From Sphyrna mokarran (taxonomy: Eukaryota): a DNA stretch of 64,000 nucleotides. How positions within the stretch are numbered: the first letter of the stretch is position 1; the number at the start of each line of letters is the position of its first letter. The notes below the pieces were generated by a model. That model saw nothing but the letters and a program-made list of their open reading frames with translations, searched no databases and was not told the origin of the DNA. Location: the NCBI GenBank assembly GCA_024679065.1, contig JAGIQG010000019.1, forward strand, positions 34,100,001 through 34,164,000. Reading direction: 5' to 3'. Shown here one piece after another: positions 23,475 to 36,695 of this stretch. Both the position numbers and the translations under genes were made by a program.

Positions 23475-23930
23475 CAGCGTGGCTCAGTTTGTAGTACTTT
23501 TACCTCTGACACAAAGTTCCAGGTTCAAGTCCTACTCTTGGGCTTGAGTATTAAAGGCCTACATTGACACTTCAGTGCAGTACTAAAGAAGTGCTTCACA
23601 GTTAGAGGTGCTGATTTTCAGATGAGATATTAAATATAAAGCCCCATCTCCCTACTCCAATGGGTGTAAATATCACCTAGCAGTATTATTTCAAAAACGA
23701 GCAAAAGAATTATCCCCAATATCTTGGCCAATATTGACCCCTTAATCAACATCACAAAAAAATTATCTGGTCATTATCATATTGCTGCTTGTGAAAATAG
23801 GCTGTGTGCAAATTGACTGCCATGTTCCTGACATTGCAACAGTGATTACATTTTAAAATTGACTTCATTTTCTGTAAGCATATTGAGACATCTGATAGGT
23901 GTGAAAGACTCTCTATAAATGCCAGCTTTC
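23475..23930 (+). mobile_element. Full-length Deu-domain SINE (SacSINE1-like)
   Basis: tRNA head (gtggctcagtttgtag; ggttcaagtcc), Deu core, and tail ctataaatgccagctttcc followed by a CCTT-rich stretch to ~24080. Confidence 0.85.
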
Positions 23931-24099
23931 CTTCGTCCCTTCCTCCGTCACTCACTCCCTTTCTCTTCCTTCCTTCCTTTGTCTCTTCTTCCCTACCTTC
24001 CACCCTCTCTCCCCCCTTTTATTTTCTGCACACTCTTTGTTTCCTCCTCCCCTTCCCCACTTGTCTCCCTCTTTCCTTTCATTATGTATAAGAAAATTG

Positions 24100-25375
24100 A
24101 CTGAAGATCATTTATTCTATGTAGTCGAATTCTGTAATCATCCCTCTATTGCCTGTAATGTGATCTACTGCTCATTCCTCCATTGGAGGAATGTATGAGA
24201 AAATTGGCCACATCTCTTTGCTGTATGTAACAGGTGTCACTATCCGGCTTTCTGTTGTGTGATATCATTCAACGCTTGTCCCTCTATTATATGCGTAATG
24301 GGATACATCTTCGTCCCTTTGTTGGATGTAGTGAGATTTGTTTTCCCTTTTATTATATATAATGAAATTCACTGTCCATTCCTCTAATGTATATAATGAG
24401 CCTTACTTCTGTCCTTTCATTGCATATTATTGCTTTTATTGCATATTATGAGATTCACCTTCCTTCTATAGTATATAATGGCATTTACCATTGCTCCATC
24501 GATTGTAAATAATTTGATTTCCAGTAGGCTGTCAACCGAATATAGCAGGTTTCATTATCTATCTTCTTATTGCATATTAGGGGAGTCTCATCTGCCCCTC
24601 TTTGGTATTCAAATGTATTCAAAATCCACGTCTTTGTTGAATATAACAAAATCGCATATCTGTTCCTGCATTGTATGTAACAGGATTTACCTCCAACTTC
24701 CTATTGTATATAAGGGAATTGCTTGATGTCCCTCTATTGTATATAAAGGATTTACTATCCATCAATTAATTGTATATTAAACTCTGGTCCTTTACTGTAT
24801 GTAATAGGATTCACTATCTGTCATATTATTAGAGAAATTAATATAATTTTCATATTCCTATTGTATGTTGGTTTTCTCCATACTTCTCTCTATCCTCTAC
24901 ACTGGAATTCTTTCTGTGTTTTTATTGTTATAACAGAAATTACTGTCTATTAACAAGATTCACCATCCATCCTTCTGCATATGAAGGAATTCACCATCTA
25001 TCTCTACACTATGTTTAAAAAGAAATTCATTGTCTTTTTCCTCTATAGTATATAACGGGGTCCACATTTTGTTTATTGCATTTAACAAGATTCGCTGACC
25101 ATCTTTTTATTTTATATAACATCCTATATATATATAAAATGGAATTCATTTTACAAATAACGTAAATAGTAATGTGTCTGATGGGATTCATCATTGCCCC
25201 ATCTATTGTTAAATCAAGGTTCACCATCTAGTCTTCAATTGTCCATAATGATTTCTTGTATTTATTGCAATTGTGCAAAATATAATTTACTGCCCAACTC
25301 AAAATTGTGTGTAACATTCATGGTCCAACCCTCTATTGTATGTATTGCATTTCACTATCTTTCTCTGGGTGGTTA
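24100..25375. repeat. Degenerate ~34-bp tandem array, block 4
   Basis: Same unit family, more diverged. Confidence 0.8.
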
Positions 25376-26469
25376 AAAAAATAAAGTATGAGGCAGGCAG
25401 TTGGGAAATGCAATGTTACCCCCTAATGTAGAGATGACCATACTCTTGCTAGTGCCAAGGTTATCAGATTGTTACAGGCACAGGCAGGTGATAGCCAAGG
25501 CCTAGTTGCAGGGGTAGGAAGGAGGATAAGGCCAGTACTAGTCCACACTATGTAGGTATATTCACTGCTAAAGCAAGAAACAATGTAGCTAAATCGTATT
25601 GTTACATCCAAGGTCATTCCAATAATGGTAGAATTGCTGGTAAATGGACACCAATTATCAAAGGAGGTGGACATTCAAGCTGCGGTTTCCAATCTCAATG
25701 GACAGGCGCACAACTATCTCCAAGTCAGTACTCAACTTATGAAATTAGAAAGCACAAAGGCCAAACTTGTCACCTAAGTGAACCACTAAGGATAAAGAGC
25801 ATTACAATGATCCCAGTGACCTATGGACAACAATCCATCTGATCCCCAGTTGTTGTCATGTGTGGGTAAAAACTGAGCCTAATAGTAAAAGATTGGTTCC
25901 AGCAAATGAGATTAAATTAGTTGGAGATCTTCTGGCTAGGTGAGAGAGGGCTGTATGGACTCATTAACAGACATCCTAAAGATTTTCAGGAACAATTTGG
26001 AAAGACAAGAGGGGTTCAAGCCAAAATTTATGTTGATTCCAATGCCATGCCCAAATATTGTCAAACAACACCTGTCCCTTACTCCCTATTAGAGAAAGTG
26101 GAGGCCGAACTTGGACACCTTCAAGATCTAGGCCGCACAATTCACAGGGTAGGCCACACCTGTCATCCCTGATCTCAAGCCAGATAAATCAGTCTGCATA
26201 TGTGGGGATTGTAAGTTAACAGTCAATCAGTTTTCTAAATTAGACAGGCACCCAATACTCAGAATTGAGGACTTGTGCACCAACATAGCTGGCAGCCAGA
26301 TGTTCACTAAAACTGGATATGAGCCACGTTTATCTTCAACTCAAACGAGATGAAGCAACTCGAAAATATGCTTTGACAATATACACAAGGGTTTCTATGA
26401 ATATACCCGCCTCCCCTTTGAGGTCTCATCTATATGTGCTATATTTCAGTGGATGAGGGAGAGCATTCT

Positions 26470-27196
26470 TTATAGAATATGGAACAGTGCAGCACAGGAA
26501 CAGGCCCTTTGAGCCACAATGTTAGCAAATTAAATTAATCCATTCTGCCTGCCCTTGGTCCATATCCCTCTATTTCTTGTCTCCTTTACTACCTATCTAC
26601 TTGTGTGGCCATTTTTAGGGAGCTATGGACTTGAACCCCAAGATCCTCCTGAACATCAGTACTTCCAAGATTCTACCATTAACTCTATATTTACCCTTAA
26701 CATTTGATTTCACAAAGTGCAGTATTACTCGGTTTGAATTCCATCTAGCATTTCTCCACCCGTATCTGCAACTGATTTATATCCCGCTATATACTTTGAT
26801 AATCATTATTCACAATTTCACTTATTTTTGTGGTCATCTTCAAGCTGACTAACCCACCCACGTTTTCATCCATTTACATATGTCACAAACAACAGAGGTC
26901 TTAGTATGGATCCCTGTGGAACACCACTAGTCAGAGACCAATGGCCAGAAAAACACCCTTCCACACTACTCTCTGATTTCTGTGGGCAAGTCTATTCTGA
27001 ATCCAAACGGCAAAGTCACTGTGGATCCCATGCATCTTAATTTTCTGGATGAACCTACCTTGAGGGACCTTGTTGAAAGCCTTACTAAAATCCATGTGAG
27101 GAGCATCCACTCTTCTATGATTATTGATCACCTTTGTACTTCCCACAAAAAAAAAATCAATCAAGATAAGACATGACCTGCTTTGCACAAAGCCAG
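26470..27196 (-). mobile_element. Deleted CR1 LINE nested in the Gypsy RT
   Basis: HMDFSKAFNKVPQGR RT motif; tail atagaatatggaacag. Confidence 0.85.
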
Positions 27197-28603
27197 GGGT
27201 TACTTAAAGTGGCAGTATACTTTGAGGATGTCCTGGCCATGAGCATCTCAGAACAAGAGCACTTGGCTACCAGAAAGAAATGCTGAAAAGATTTTTGACA
27301 ACTGGGGATACTTCTAAAGAGAGAAAAAAATGTTTCAGGCAAAGGAAGTAGTCAATGAAGTGATTTATTTGGGTTATTGGATGGATGCAGAATTGTAGAA
27401 GAGAAAATAAGGGTCATCAATTGGATACCAACCCTAAAAAATATCAAAGTTACAATCCTTCTTAGGCTTAGTGAACTACTATGGGAAATTAATTCTGGTC
27501 TTGGCTACTTTTACTGGTCCCCTTCCATGCTCTGCTGCAGAAGCAGCAAATACTGCACTGGAAGGTACACTAAGCTGAGGTCTTCAACAAGGTAAAACAA
27601 CAATTAATGTCATTAAATCTGTTAGCCCATTTTGACCCTAAGAAGGGACTCATTCTGAGAAGTGATATGTCCCCTTACAGGATCAGGGCTGTGCTTTTGC
27701 ATTACTGGGAAGATGGAACAGAAAGACCCCTAACGTTAGTATCCAAGACCTTCTCAGAAGCCAAGCTGAGGTACCCGCAAATTGAGAAAGAAGGCTAGGC
27801 AGTCATCTTTAATCAAAGAGTCTATGATAGGAACTTTATAACAGTGACAGACCACAAACTTCTATTTGGGGTATAGCTCTGGGTTGGGTTCTGTTACTTG
27901 CTGCTTACAAATATCTTTTAGAATATTGCTGTGGGACCCATATAACCAATGCTGATGCTTTCAGTCACCTTCCACTGCCAATGAACCCTATTTGTCCACT
28001 AGCATTGGATGAAGTTGTGACGACTTTAAATTTTTTAGAGACCCTACTGGTAGTCACAGAAGAATTACAACCTAGACTCAAAGAGACCCAACTTAATCAA
28101 AAGTGAAGTATGTGGTCTTGAATGGTGAACTCTGAGGACAAGCTCCAGAAGAAGTGAAACCCATTTGACTGAAAAGGATGAACTTAGTGTGGAGGATGGA
28201 ATAATTTTCTGGAGTGCCGAGTGGTTGTCTCTCATCATTTGAAGCATAACTAACTGCATAGTAGCTAACCTAGAATATCGAAAATTAAATTGCTGGCTAA
28301 GACCTACATCTGATGGTCAGACATTGAGCCGGACATCATGGATTTAATAAGGCAATGTGATCCATGCCAGGAGAATCAAAAGCTTCCTCCTTTAGCCTCT
28401 TTGCACCCGTGGGAGTGGCTGAGCAGGCCATGGGTGAGAGTCCATATGGACTTTGCAGCCCTTTCACGGGCTCCATGTTTTTGATCCTGGTAGATGCATA
28501 CTTAAAATAGTTAGAAGTACCCCACATGAGCTCCTCTACTTCACATGCCACAATCGAGAAGCTAAGACCGAGCTTCTGTATACATTTCATATCAGAAGTC
28601 CTA

Positions 28604-28731
28604 AGGTGGAAATTTCCTGTCCTGCCCACCATGGGAATCGTAGCCAGTGCAACACGGACCATGCAAAGATCCGTTGACCTTGCGCGGGTATTTCCGATCT
28701 TGGGGTAAGCGCTGCCAGGAAATCCCACCCC
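28604..28731. mobile_element. ~125-bp MITE (Harbinger-like TIRs)
   Basis: Ends ggtggaaatttcc / ggaaatcccaccc. Interrupts the integrase motif EVL|VSD. Homologous to 47802-47928 and 55092-55217. Confidence 0.8.
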
Positions 28732-29145
28732 GGGTGAGTGACCACCTTCAGCAGTATCAAGTCCAAAATTTCATGCTTTCCAGTGGCATCAAACATGTTA
28801 AAATGGCACCTTACCATCCACCCTCAAATGGGCTAGTGGAATGAACAGTGCAAACTTTTAAAACTGGCATAAAGAAATGCCAGTACCTATAGAGACCAAA
28901 TTGGCATGTTTCTTATTTGATTATAGAACCCGCCATACTAGTCTTAGCCAAGTATTTCCAAACCTGATGAGGATGGAGTCCAGACAAAAGACCCAGAAAA
29001 TAAATTATGACTCTACAAGAGCAGAGAGGACATTTGAAATGTGATCAAATTTATTTGACCATAATAGGGACCATAATATAAAAGATAGGGCCAGTGTCCT
29101 ACAAGGTGAAGGTCCAGGATAAGATCATGAAAAATCAACTACACC

Positions 29146-29238
29146 ATGGATGATATTGGAATAGTTTAGGTTAGAGGGTCCACTGGCTGGCGCAACATCG
29201 AGGGCCGAAGGGCCTGTACTGCGCTGTAATGTTCTATC
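29146..29238 (+). mobile_element. Very short young CR1 3' end
   Basis: ggcgcaacatcgagggccgaagggcctgtactgcgctgtaatgttcta. Confidence 0.85.
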
Positions 29239-29762
29239 TTACGAACAGGGTGCAGGCTTTCCTTCTAGCTGTACAGATGATCACCACAAATACAGGACAA
29301 CAGCTTGTGGCTAACCCAGAGCCCATACTTCCAGATAATGACAAAGCAGATTCAGAGATGGAAGCTGAGAAAGCAGGCATCAAGAACAAAATGAACACTG
29401 AAGATGAACCTATGTTGATGATACTCAAGTGTTCCCTCAGAAAACTAAAGTCTTTAGTTAACTTCATATCTCCAGATCCTACAGCATCCCCAGCTGTCTT
29501 TAAACTGGTTGGCAAGCAGTGAAAAGAATCTCCTCCTAGCTGGGTACTGAGGAAGCAGTGGATCTGAGGAACATGTTATAGTGGCCAAAAAGGACAGGGG
29601 ACAAAGAACAAAGAAAATATACAGCATAGGATCAGGCCATTTGGCTCTCCAAGTCTGCACCAACCACGCTGCCCGATTGAATTAAAACTCCCTGCTCTTC
29701 TGGGGACCTTATCTCTCTATTTCCATCTTATTCATGTATTTGGCCTGATGCCCCCCTTAAAA

Positions 29763-30338
29763 ACAGCCTAAGAGCACATCTTTGGGGTGTGGGAGGAAAC
29801 CGGAGCACCTGGAGAAAACCCACGCAAGTACGGGGAGAATGTGCAAACTCCCACAGACACAGGCCCAAATCCATGTATCTGCACAGCATAGTGATAGTCA
29901 CTGAGCTGTCGTGTTGCCCATCAACTGGTTCAGTTCAAGCGTACACTAACGACGTGAAGCACTAGGATACTCTTGAAAAATCCAAGAGCAGCTGTCTCAT
30001 GACCCATTGCATTTATGTCTCTTGTTGGGCAACAAGGCGGACCAAAGTACCTGTAGGATAAAATAGAAATACGTCAATATCATTCACAATTTACGCAATT
30101 CCCAGGGAACACCCAAGGCTCACGATCCCTATTTTAAATCAGTCTTCTATATCCCTCCATCCCCATTCTGTTCAAATTCTCCCTAAATTGTCTCACAAAT
30201 TTGGTTCCATGCAGATTTCAACACCAATGCAGATTTCTGTAAACCTAGACAGGGATCACGGGTGGAAGTGGGAATGTTGAAATGGCTGCACGGGCTCGTT
30301 GGGCTGAAAGGCCTGTTTCCCGTGCTGTTTTGTTCTTT
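29763..30338. mobile_element. 5'-inverted insertion of the V-core-bearing CR1 subfamily
   Basis: 29763-30172 is the revcomp of ~21760-22172; 30173-30338 is direct with 22183-22330. ttaaaa occurs on both sides and the host CR1 resumes. Confidence 0.85.
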
Positions 30339-30552
30339 AAAAATCATTATCGTATCTGCTTCCGCTACCTCCCTCGGCGGTGAATTCCAGGCACCCACCA
30401 CTCTCTGTTTTAAGAAAAAAGAATTTGCCTTGTACATCTCTTTTAAATCTTGCCCCTCACACCTTAAACTTATGCCCACTAGTAATTTCTTCTTCCACTG
30501 TGGGAAACAGCTTCTGACCATCCTCTCTATCGATACTCCTCATAGACTTCTA

Positions 30553-30690
30553 TCATAGAACATAGAACATTACAGCGCAGTACAGGGCCTTCGGCCCTTG
30601 ATGTTGCGCCGACCAGTGGAACCATCTAATGACCTCTAACCTAAACTATTCCAATGTTATCCATATGCCTATCCACTGACTATTTGAACC
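30553..30690 (-). mobile_element. Short young CR1 3' end nested in older CR1
   Basis: (atagaac)n tail and UTR matching 61520-61645. Confidence 0.85.
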
Positions 30691-33600
30691 TTCATTGTTC
30701 CAGTGAGAACAAACCAACTTTCTCCAATCTCTCTTCATAGCTATTGCCATCCATACCATGCAACATCCTGGTAAATCTTTTCTGTACCCTCGCCAGTCTC
30801 CTCAACTTTACAGTAATGTGGCAACCAGAATTGAACACTATATTCTAAGTGTGGCCTAACTAAGGTTCTATAAAGCTGCAACATGACTTGCCAACTTTTA
30901 AATTCAGTGCCCAGGCTGATAAAAGTAAGCATGCCATGTGCCTTCTTGACTACCTTCTCCATCTGCGTTGCCACTTTCAGTGACCTATGTACCTGTACAC
31001 CCAGATCCTTCTGTCTATCAATACTCCTAATGGTTCTGCCATTTACTGTATATTGCCTATCTTTATGAGATCATCCAAAATGCATTACCTCACATCTGTC
31101 AGGATTAAACTTCATCTGCCATCTTTGCGCAAGCCTCCAACCTGTCTATCCTCTGTATTCTCTGATGGTCCTCATCACTATCAGCAAATCCACCAACCTT
31201 TGTGTTGTCCGCAAACTTACTAATCAAAAGTTATATTTTTCTCCAAATCATTTATATATTATGAACAGCAAAGATCCCAGCACTGATCACTGAGGAATAT
31301 CACTTGTCACAGCCTTCCATTCAGAAACACATCCTTCCTCTGTCTTCTATGACCAAGCCAGTTCTGTATCTACCTTGCCAGCTCACCTCTGATCCCATGC
31401 AACTTCACCTTTTGCATCAGTCTGCCATTAGGGATCTTGTCAAAGATCTTACTGAAATCCATGTAGATAACATCCACTGCTATATCCTCATCAATCATCA
31501 CTGTCACTTCCTCGAAAAACTCCAAGTTAGTGAGAAGTGACCCCCCCAATCACAAAACTATGTTGCCTCTTGCTAATACGTCCACTTATTTCCAAGTGGG
31601 AATAAATCCCCTCCTATAATTTCCCTATTACTGATGTAAGGCTCATTGGCCTATAATTATCTAGATTATTCTTGCTACCCTCCTTAAACGAAGGAACAAT
31701 ATTGGCAATCCCCTGGGACCTCCCCTGTAGTCAATGATGACACAAAGATTTCTCTCAAGATCGTAGCAATTACCTCCATTGCCTCTCTCAGTATTTTGGG
31801 GTATATCCCATCAGGCCCTGGGGACATATCCATCTTAATGTTTTTGAAGAATCCCAATATCTTCTCCTTTTTGATCTCAACATGACTCAGACTATCTACA
31901 CACCCTTTCCCAGATTCATCATCCAGCGAACCCTTTTCTTTGGTGAATATGACTCATTCAATACTTCTCCCATTTCCCCTGGCTCCATGCACAGATTCCC
32001 TCCCCTATCTTAAGTGGGCCAACCCTCTCCGTAGCTACCCTCTTGCTCTTTATATATGTATAGAAAGCCTTGGATTTTCCTTAATCCAGCTGGCCAGTGA
32101 TTTTTTTGTGACCCCTTTTAGTCCTCCTTACTCCTTGCTTAAGTTTCTTTCTACTTTCCTTGTATTCCACACTTGCTTCCCATGTTCCCAGCCTCCTAGC
32201 TTGAGAAATGCTTTCTTTTTCTCTTTGACTAGTCTCACAATACCTCTCGTTATCCAAGGTTTCCAAAACTTGCCATACTTATCCCTCATCCTTACAAAAA
32301 TGTGTCGGTCCTGAATCCCTATTAATCTACACTTGAAAGCCTCCCACACGCTAGAGGTTGATTTGCCCTTGAACATCTGCCCCAATCTACATTCTTCAGT
32401 TCCTGCCTAATATTGTTGTAATTAGCCTTCCCCAATTTAGCATTTTAATTTGAAGACTACACTTTTCTTCATCCATCGTTTCTTAAAGCTTACTGAACTA
32501 TGGTCACTGTTCCTGAACTGTTCCCCTATTGAAACATCAATCACCTGGCTGGGCTCATTCCCCAATACCAGATCCAGTTTGGACTATCTACTCACTGTTT
32601 CAAGAAGCCTTCCTGGAAGCTTCTTACAAATTCTGCCTTATCCATGCCCTAGAACTAAGTGAGTCTCAGTCAGTGTAGGGGAAGTCAAAATCTCCAACCA
32701 CAACAGTACTGTTACTTTTATACCTTGCCAAAATCTGCCTATATATCTGTTCCTCTATCTCTTGCTGGCTGTTGGGTGACTTATAGTAAAACATTGTGAC
32801 TGTACCCTTCCTATTCCTGAGCTGTACCCGTATTGCTTCGCTGTATGAGCCCTCCAAGGTATCCTCCTGCGGTACAGCTGTGATATTCTCCTTAACCAGT
32901 ATTGCAACTCCCCCACCTCTTTACATCCCCCTCTATCCCTCCTTAAACATCTGTATTCTAGAATGTTAAGCTGCTGATCCTGTTCTTCCCTAACCAAGTC
33001 TCTGTAATGACAACAACATCATATTTCCAAATACTAATTCAAGCTCTAATTTCATCTGCCTTACCTGTTATACCTTTCGCATTGCAACAACCGCGCTTCA
33101 ATCCACCAAATCCTCTTTGATTATCAACTACACCCTGTCTACTCTTTCTCTGAGTCTTATTGTCTCTACTCTCTGATTCCCCTTCAGTTAATTCACCTTT
33201 GCTTTTGTTCCCATACCCCTGCCAAACTATTTTAAATCCTCCCGTTTGACACTCGCAAACTTCCCAACAGAATATTTATGCCTTTCCAGTTTAAAAACAA
33301 CTCATCCTTCTTGTACAAGTCCCACCTGCCCTGAAGAGACCCCAACAGTCCAGAGATCTGAAACTCTCTCTTCTACTCTATCTGTTTACCCATGTGTTGA
33401 GCTGCACTATCTTCCTATTTCTAGCCTCACTGGCACATGGCACAGGGAGTAATCCTGAGATTATAACCCTAGAGGTCCTGCTTTTTAATTTCCTATCTAA
33501 CTCTCTAAACTGCTGCTGCAAGATCTCATTACTCTTCCTGCCTATGTCATTAGTACCAAGATGTACCACGACCTCTGGCTGTTCCCTTCAGAATGCTTTC

Positions 33601-34499
33601 TGCCTGTTTAGAGACATCCTGGACCTGCACCTGGAAGACTACTATCTTAGAGTCTCTTTCACATCACAGAAGCACCTATCTGCACCCCTAACCATAGAGT
33701 CCCCTATAACAATTGCTTTAGTGCTTGTTGTCCGTCGGTGCTTAACAATAGAGCCAGCTGTGCCACTGGCTGCTGTTGCTGTTATCCCCTAATAGGCCAT
33801 TCCCCCCAACAGTATCCAAACAGTATACTTGTTAGAGAGGGGGATGACCACAGGGGATTCTCACACTGACTGCCCACTCCTTCTAGTGGTCAGCCATCTA
33901 TCTGGCTGCACCTTGGGTGTGACCACGTCTCTAAAAGTTTTCATCCATGACACTTGCCGCCACATTCATGCTCCTAATCTGGGCATCAGAGTTCCCAATC
34001 TAGTTCCATATGAGCATCCAACTGCTGCTCCAACCTGTCCATGCGGTCTGTAAGGAGCTACAATTTGGTGCACTTCCTGCAGATGTCGTCATTTGAGATG
34101 CTGGAAACATCATGAATCTCTCACATCTCACAAGTGCAGCACTTAACCTCACTGACTGACATTTCAAGCACCAATTAAATTATTTAAGAAAATTCATAGA
34201 ACCCTTGCCTTCACTTTTACTTTCTATAGTGGACTTTTTTTTGTTTAGAGGAGGGAAGGAGGGAAACAGTGATGTAGTGTTTCACGCATACTACTCCTCA
34301 ACACCAGATTTTCCACTTCCCACTTCCTAATAGACATTGCCAAACTGACTCCTCCCAAAATGCACCAGTGAAGTCCCTCAGTCAATTCTACCAGATGCCG
34401 TAACTCCTGTTTATAACTTCCACTTCCCACTTCTTGCTAGATGTTCCTGGGCTGACTTCTCCCAGAATGCACCAGTGAATCCCTCAGCAGCTTCTATGA

Positions 34500-35121
34500 G
34501 ACATAACATTAAGAAACCTCCCAGTGGGCTTGTGGAAAATGAGTTTCTCTATTGAATGGGGAACAGTGTCTTGGCCTCGCTGGTGGAACTGGGACACTGA
34601 GGTCCCCCTAAGGAGGTCAAGAGCAAGGTGCCAACCTGGCATCTGGGTAGTGCCCACAGCGTGCCGCCTGCTAGGGTGGGACCTATGGATGTGGGGCTTG
34701 AAGGGGTGGTCCAATGGGGAGGGGAACCTGCTGCCATTCTGCCTGCGATCAGTGGGGAAGAGGGGGCTATGATCAGTCTGGGGGGGCAGGGCGGTTGGCG
34801 GAGGCAGCATCTTGGGCACTGTGGGCTTGCAATCAGCTGCAGGCCCCTGCAATTGCAGTTTAAGATATAGGGTTTGTGAAGCTTCCTGCAATAGCAGGGG
34901 CCTGACAACTTGTTCTCTGTCTGTCAATCTCTGCAGTTGCTATTGCGTATGTGCGACATCAGAGGTCTAGACATGCATAATAGCTCCCTCTTTAGGCTGG
35001 CTGTCAAATTAAGCCCAGCCCACGGTGTAGCCCATATTTTCAATGACTAAATGCTTTAGATTGGGATCAAGAACTCTCCTATTTTCTTGCCAGTTCGATA
35101 CTTTGAACCAAAATTCTGCCC
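34500..35121. mobile_element. Non-autonomous DNA transposon remnant (Harbinger-like)
   Basis: Ends aaaattctgccc (also at 54862-54873). Internal gtgccaacctggcatctgggtagtgccc motif is shared with 46170-46260. Confidence 0.5.
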
Positions 35122-35400
35122 AGCAGGCCTGACAGTATCTGTTGAAGATGGTAAGGCAGTTTGAGAAAGCAATTAATAATGCTTATGGGATTCTAGGATT
35201 TATAAAGAGAGTTACAAGGATTGCAAAGGCAAGGAACCTTCAAAAAACATTGGTTTGGCTCAACTGGAAAATTGTGTCCAATTCATAGCACCACACTATG
35301 GGAACAATGTGAACAAATTGGAGAGGGTGCAGAAAAAACTTACAAGTCTGGTTACAAGAATAAGAGACTTCAGTTACGTGAAAGGAGCTACTTTCTTTTT

Positions 35401-36695
35401 GTGAACGGTAGATCGTGCCTTACTAACCTTATGGTTTTGTGAAGGGTAGGTCGTGCCTTACTAACCTTATTGAGTGTTTTGAAAAAGTGACCAAAGAGGT
35501 GGATGGGGGTAAGGCAGTTGATGTGGTATATATGGACTTTAGTAAGGCATTTGATAAGGTGCCCCATGGAAGACTTCTGCAGAAAATGCAGATGTATGGA
35601 ATTGAGGGTGATTTAGCTAATTGGATTAGGAATTGGCTAGCTGATAGAAGACAGAGGGTGGTGGTTGAGGGAAATTATTCATCATGGAGTTCGGTTACAA
35701 GTGGTGTACCTCAGGGATCTGTTTTGGGGCCCCTGCTGTTTGTAATTTTTATAAATGATCTGGATGAGGGTATTGAAGGATGGATTAGTAAATTTGCAGA
35801 TGACACCAAAGTCGGAGGAGTGGTAGATAGTGAAGAGGGGTGTTATAGTTTGCAGAGAGACTTGGACAAGTTGCAGAGCTGGGCCGAGAGGTGGCAAATG
35901 GAGTTTAATGCGGAAAAGTGTGAGGTAATTCACTTTGGCAGGAATAACAAATGTGTAGAGTATAGGGCTAATGGTAGGATTCTTAATAGTGTTGGAGAAC
36001 AGAGGGATCTTGGTGTATATGTGCATAGATCCCTGAAAGTTGGCAATCAAGTCGATAAGGTTGTTAAGAAGGCATACGGAGTCTTAGCTTTTATTGGTAG
36101 GGGGATTGAATTTCGGAGCCGCAACGTCATGTTGCAACTGTACAAAACTCTAGTGCGGCCGCACTTGGAGTATTGTGTACAGTTCTGGTCCCCGCATTAT
36201 AAGAAAGATGTGGAGGCATTGGAGAGGGTACAGAGGAGGTTTACCAGGATGTTGCCTGGTATGGAGGGCAGGTCTTATGAAGAGAGGCTGAGGGATTTGA
36301 GGTTGTTTTCGTTAGAAAGGAGGCGGCTAAGAGGGGACCTTATTGAAACATATAAGATGATTAGAGGTTTAGATAGGGTGGACAGTGATAGCCTTTTTCC
36401 TAGGATGGAGAAAGCTAGCACGAGGGGACATAGCTTTAAATTAAGGGGTGGTAGTTATAGGACGGATGTCAGAGGTAGGTTCTTTACCCAGAGGGTGGTA
36501 AGGGTATGGAATGCCCTGCCTGCTGCAGTTGTAGATGCGCCAAGTTTGGTGGCGTTTAAGAGGTTAGTAGATAAGTTTATGGATGAAAAGGGAATGGTTT
36601 ATGTTAGAGGGTCATTGCTTTTTCTTAATTGGTCGGCGCAACATCGAAGGCCGAAGGGCCTGTTCTGCGCTGTAATGTTCTATGTTCTATGTTCT
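35401..36695 (+). mobile_element. Young 5'-truncated CR1 LINE with open RT frame
   Basis: ORF 35439 onward has intact RT motifs (YMDFSKAFDKVPH, SGVPQGSVLGP, FADD), a (atgttct)n tail and ttctttt on both flanks. Inserted in an old CR1 (35125-36980). Confidence 0.96.

Larger units (their letters stand above)
25400..29600 (+). mobile_element. Degenerate Ty3/Gypsy LTR retrotransposon pol (PR-RT-RH-IN)
   Basis: Protease-like LLVNGH...EVDIQAAVS; RT ICGDCKLTVN, YTRLPF, VAVYFEDVL; RNase H LAHFDPK...RYPQIEKEG; integrase PWEW...RVHMDFA and APYHPPSNGLVE. Gypsy domain order, with many stops and frameshifts. Confidence 0.9.
29603..34490 (-). mobile_element. Near full-length degenerate CR1 LINE (ORF1 esterase + ORF2)
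   Basis: ORF1 zinc-finger-like CRKC (~34070) and SGNH/GDSL esterase (GDSMVRG; VHLGTNDIGRK...SRVIISGLLPVP); EN VVVGDFDFP; RT and 3' tail aaagaacaaagaa. Duplicated ~75-bp unit in the putative 5' UTR (34310-34490). Confidence 0.88.

Noticed and set aside
11525-25375. ~34-bp periodic repeats as a CRISPR array
   Set aside because: Units are head-to-tail and degenerate with no unique spacers, there are no cas genes, and the context is a vertebrate intron.
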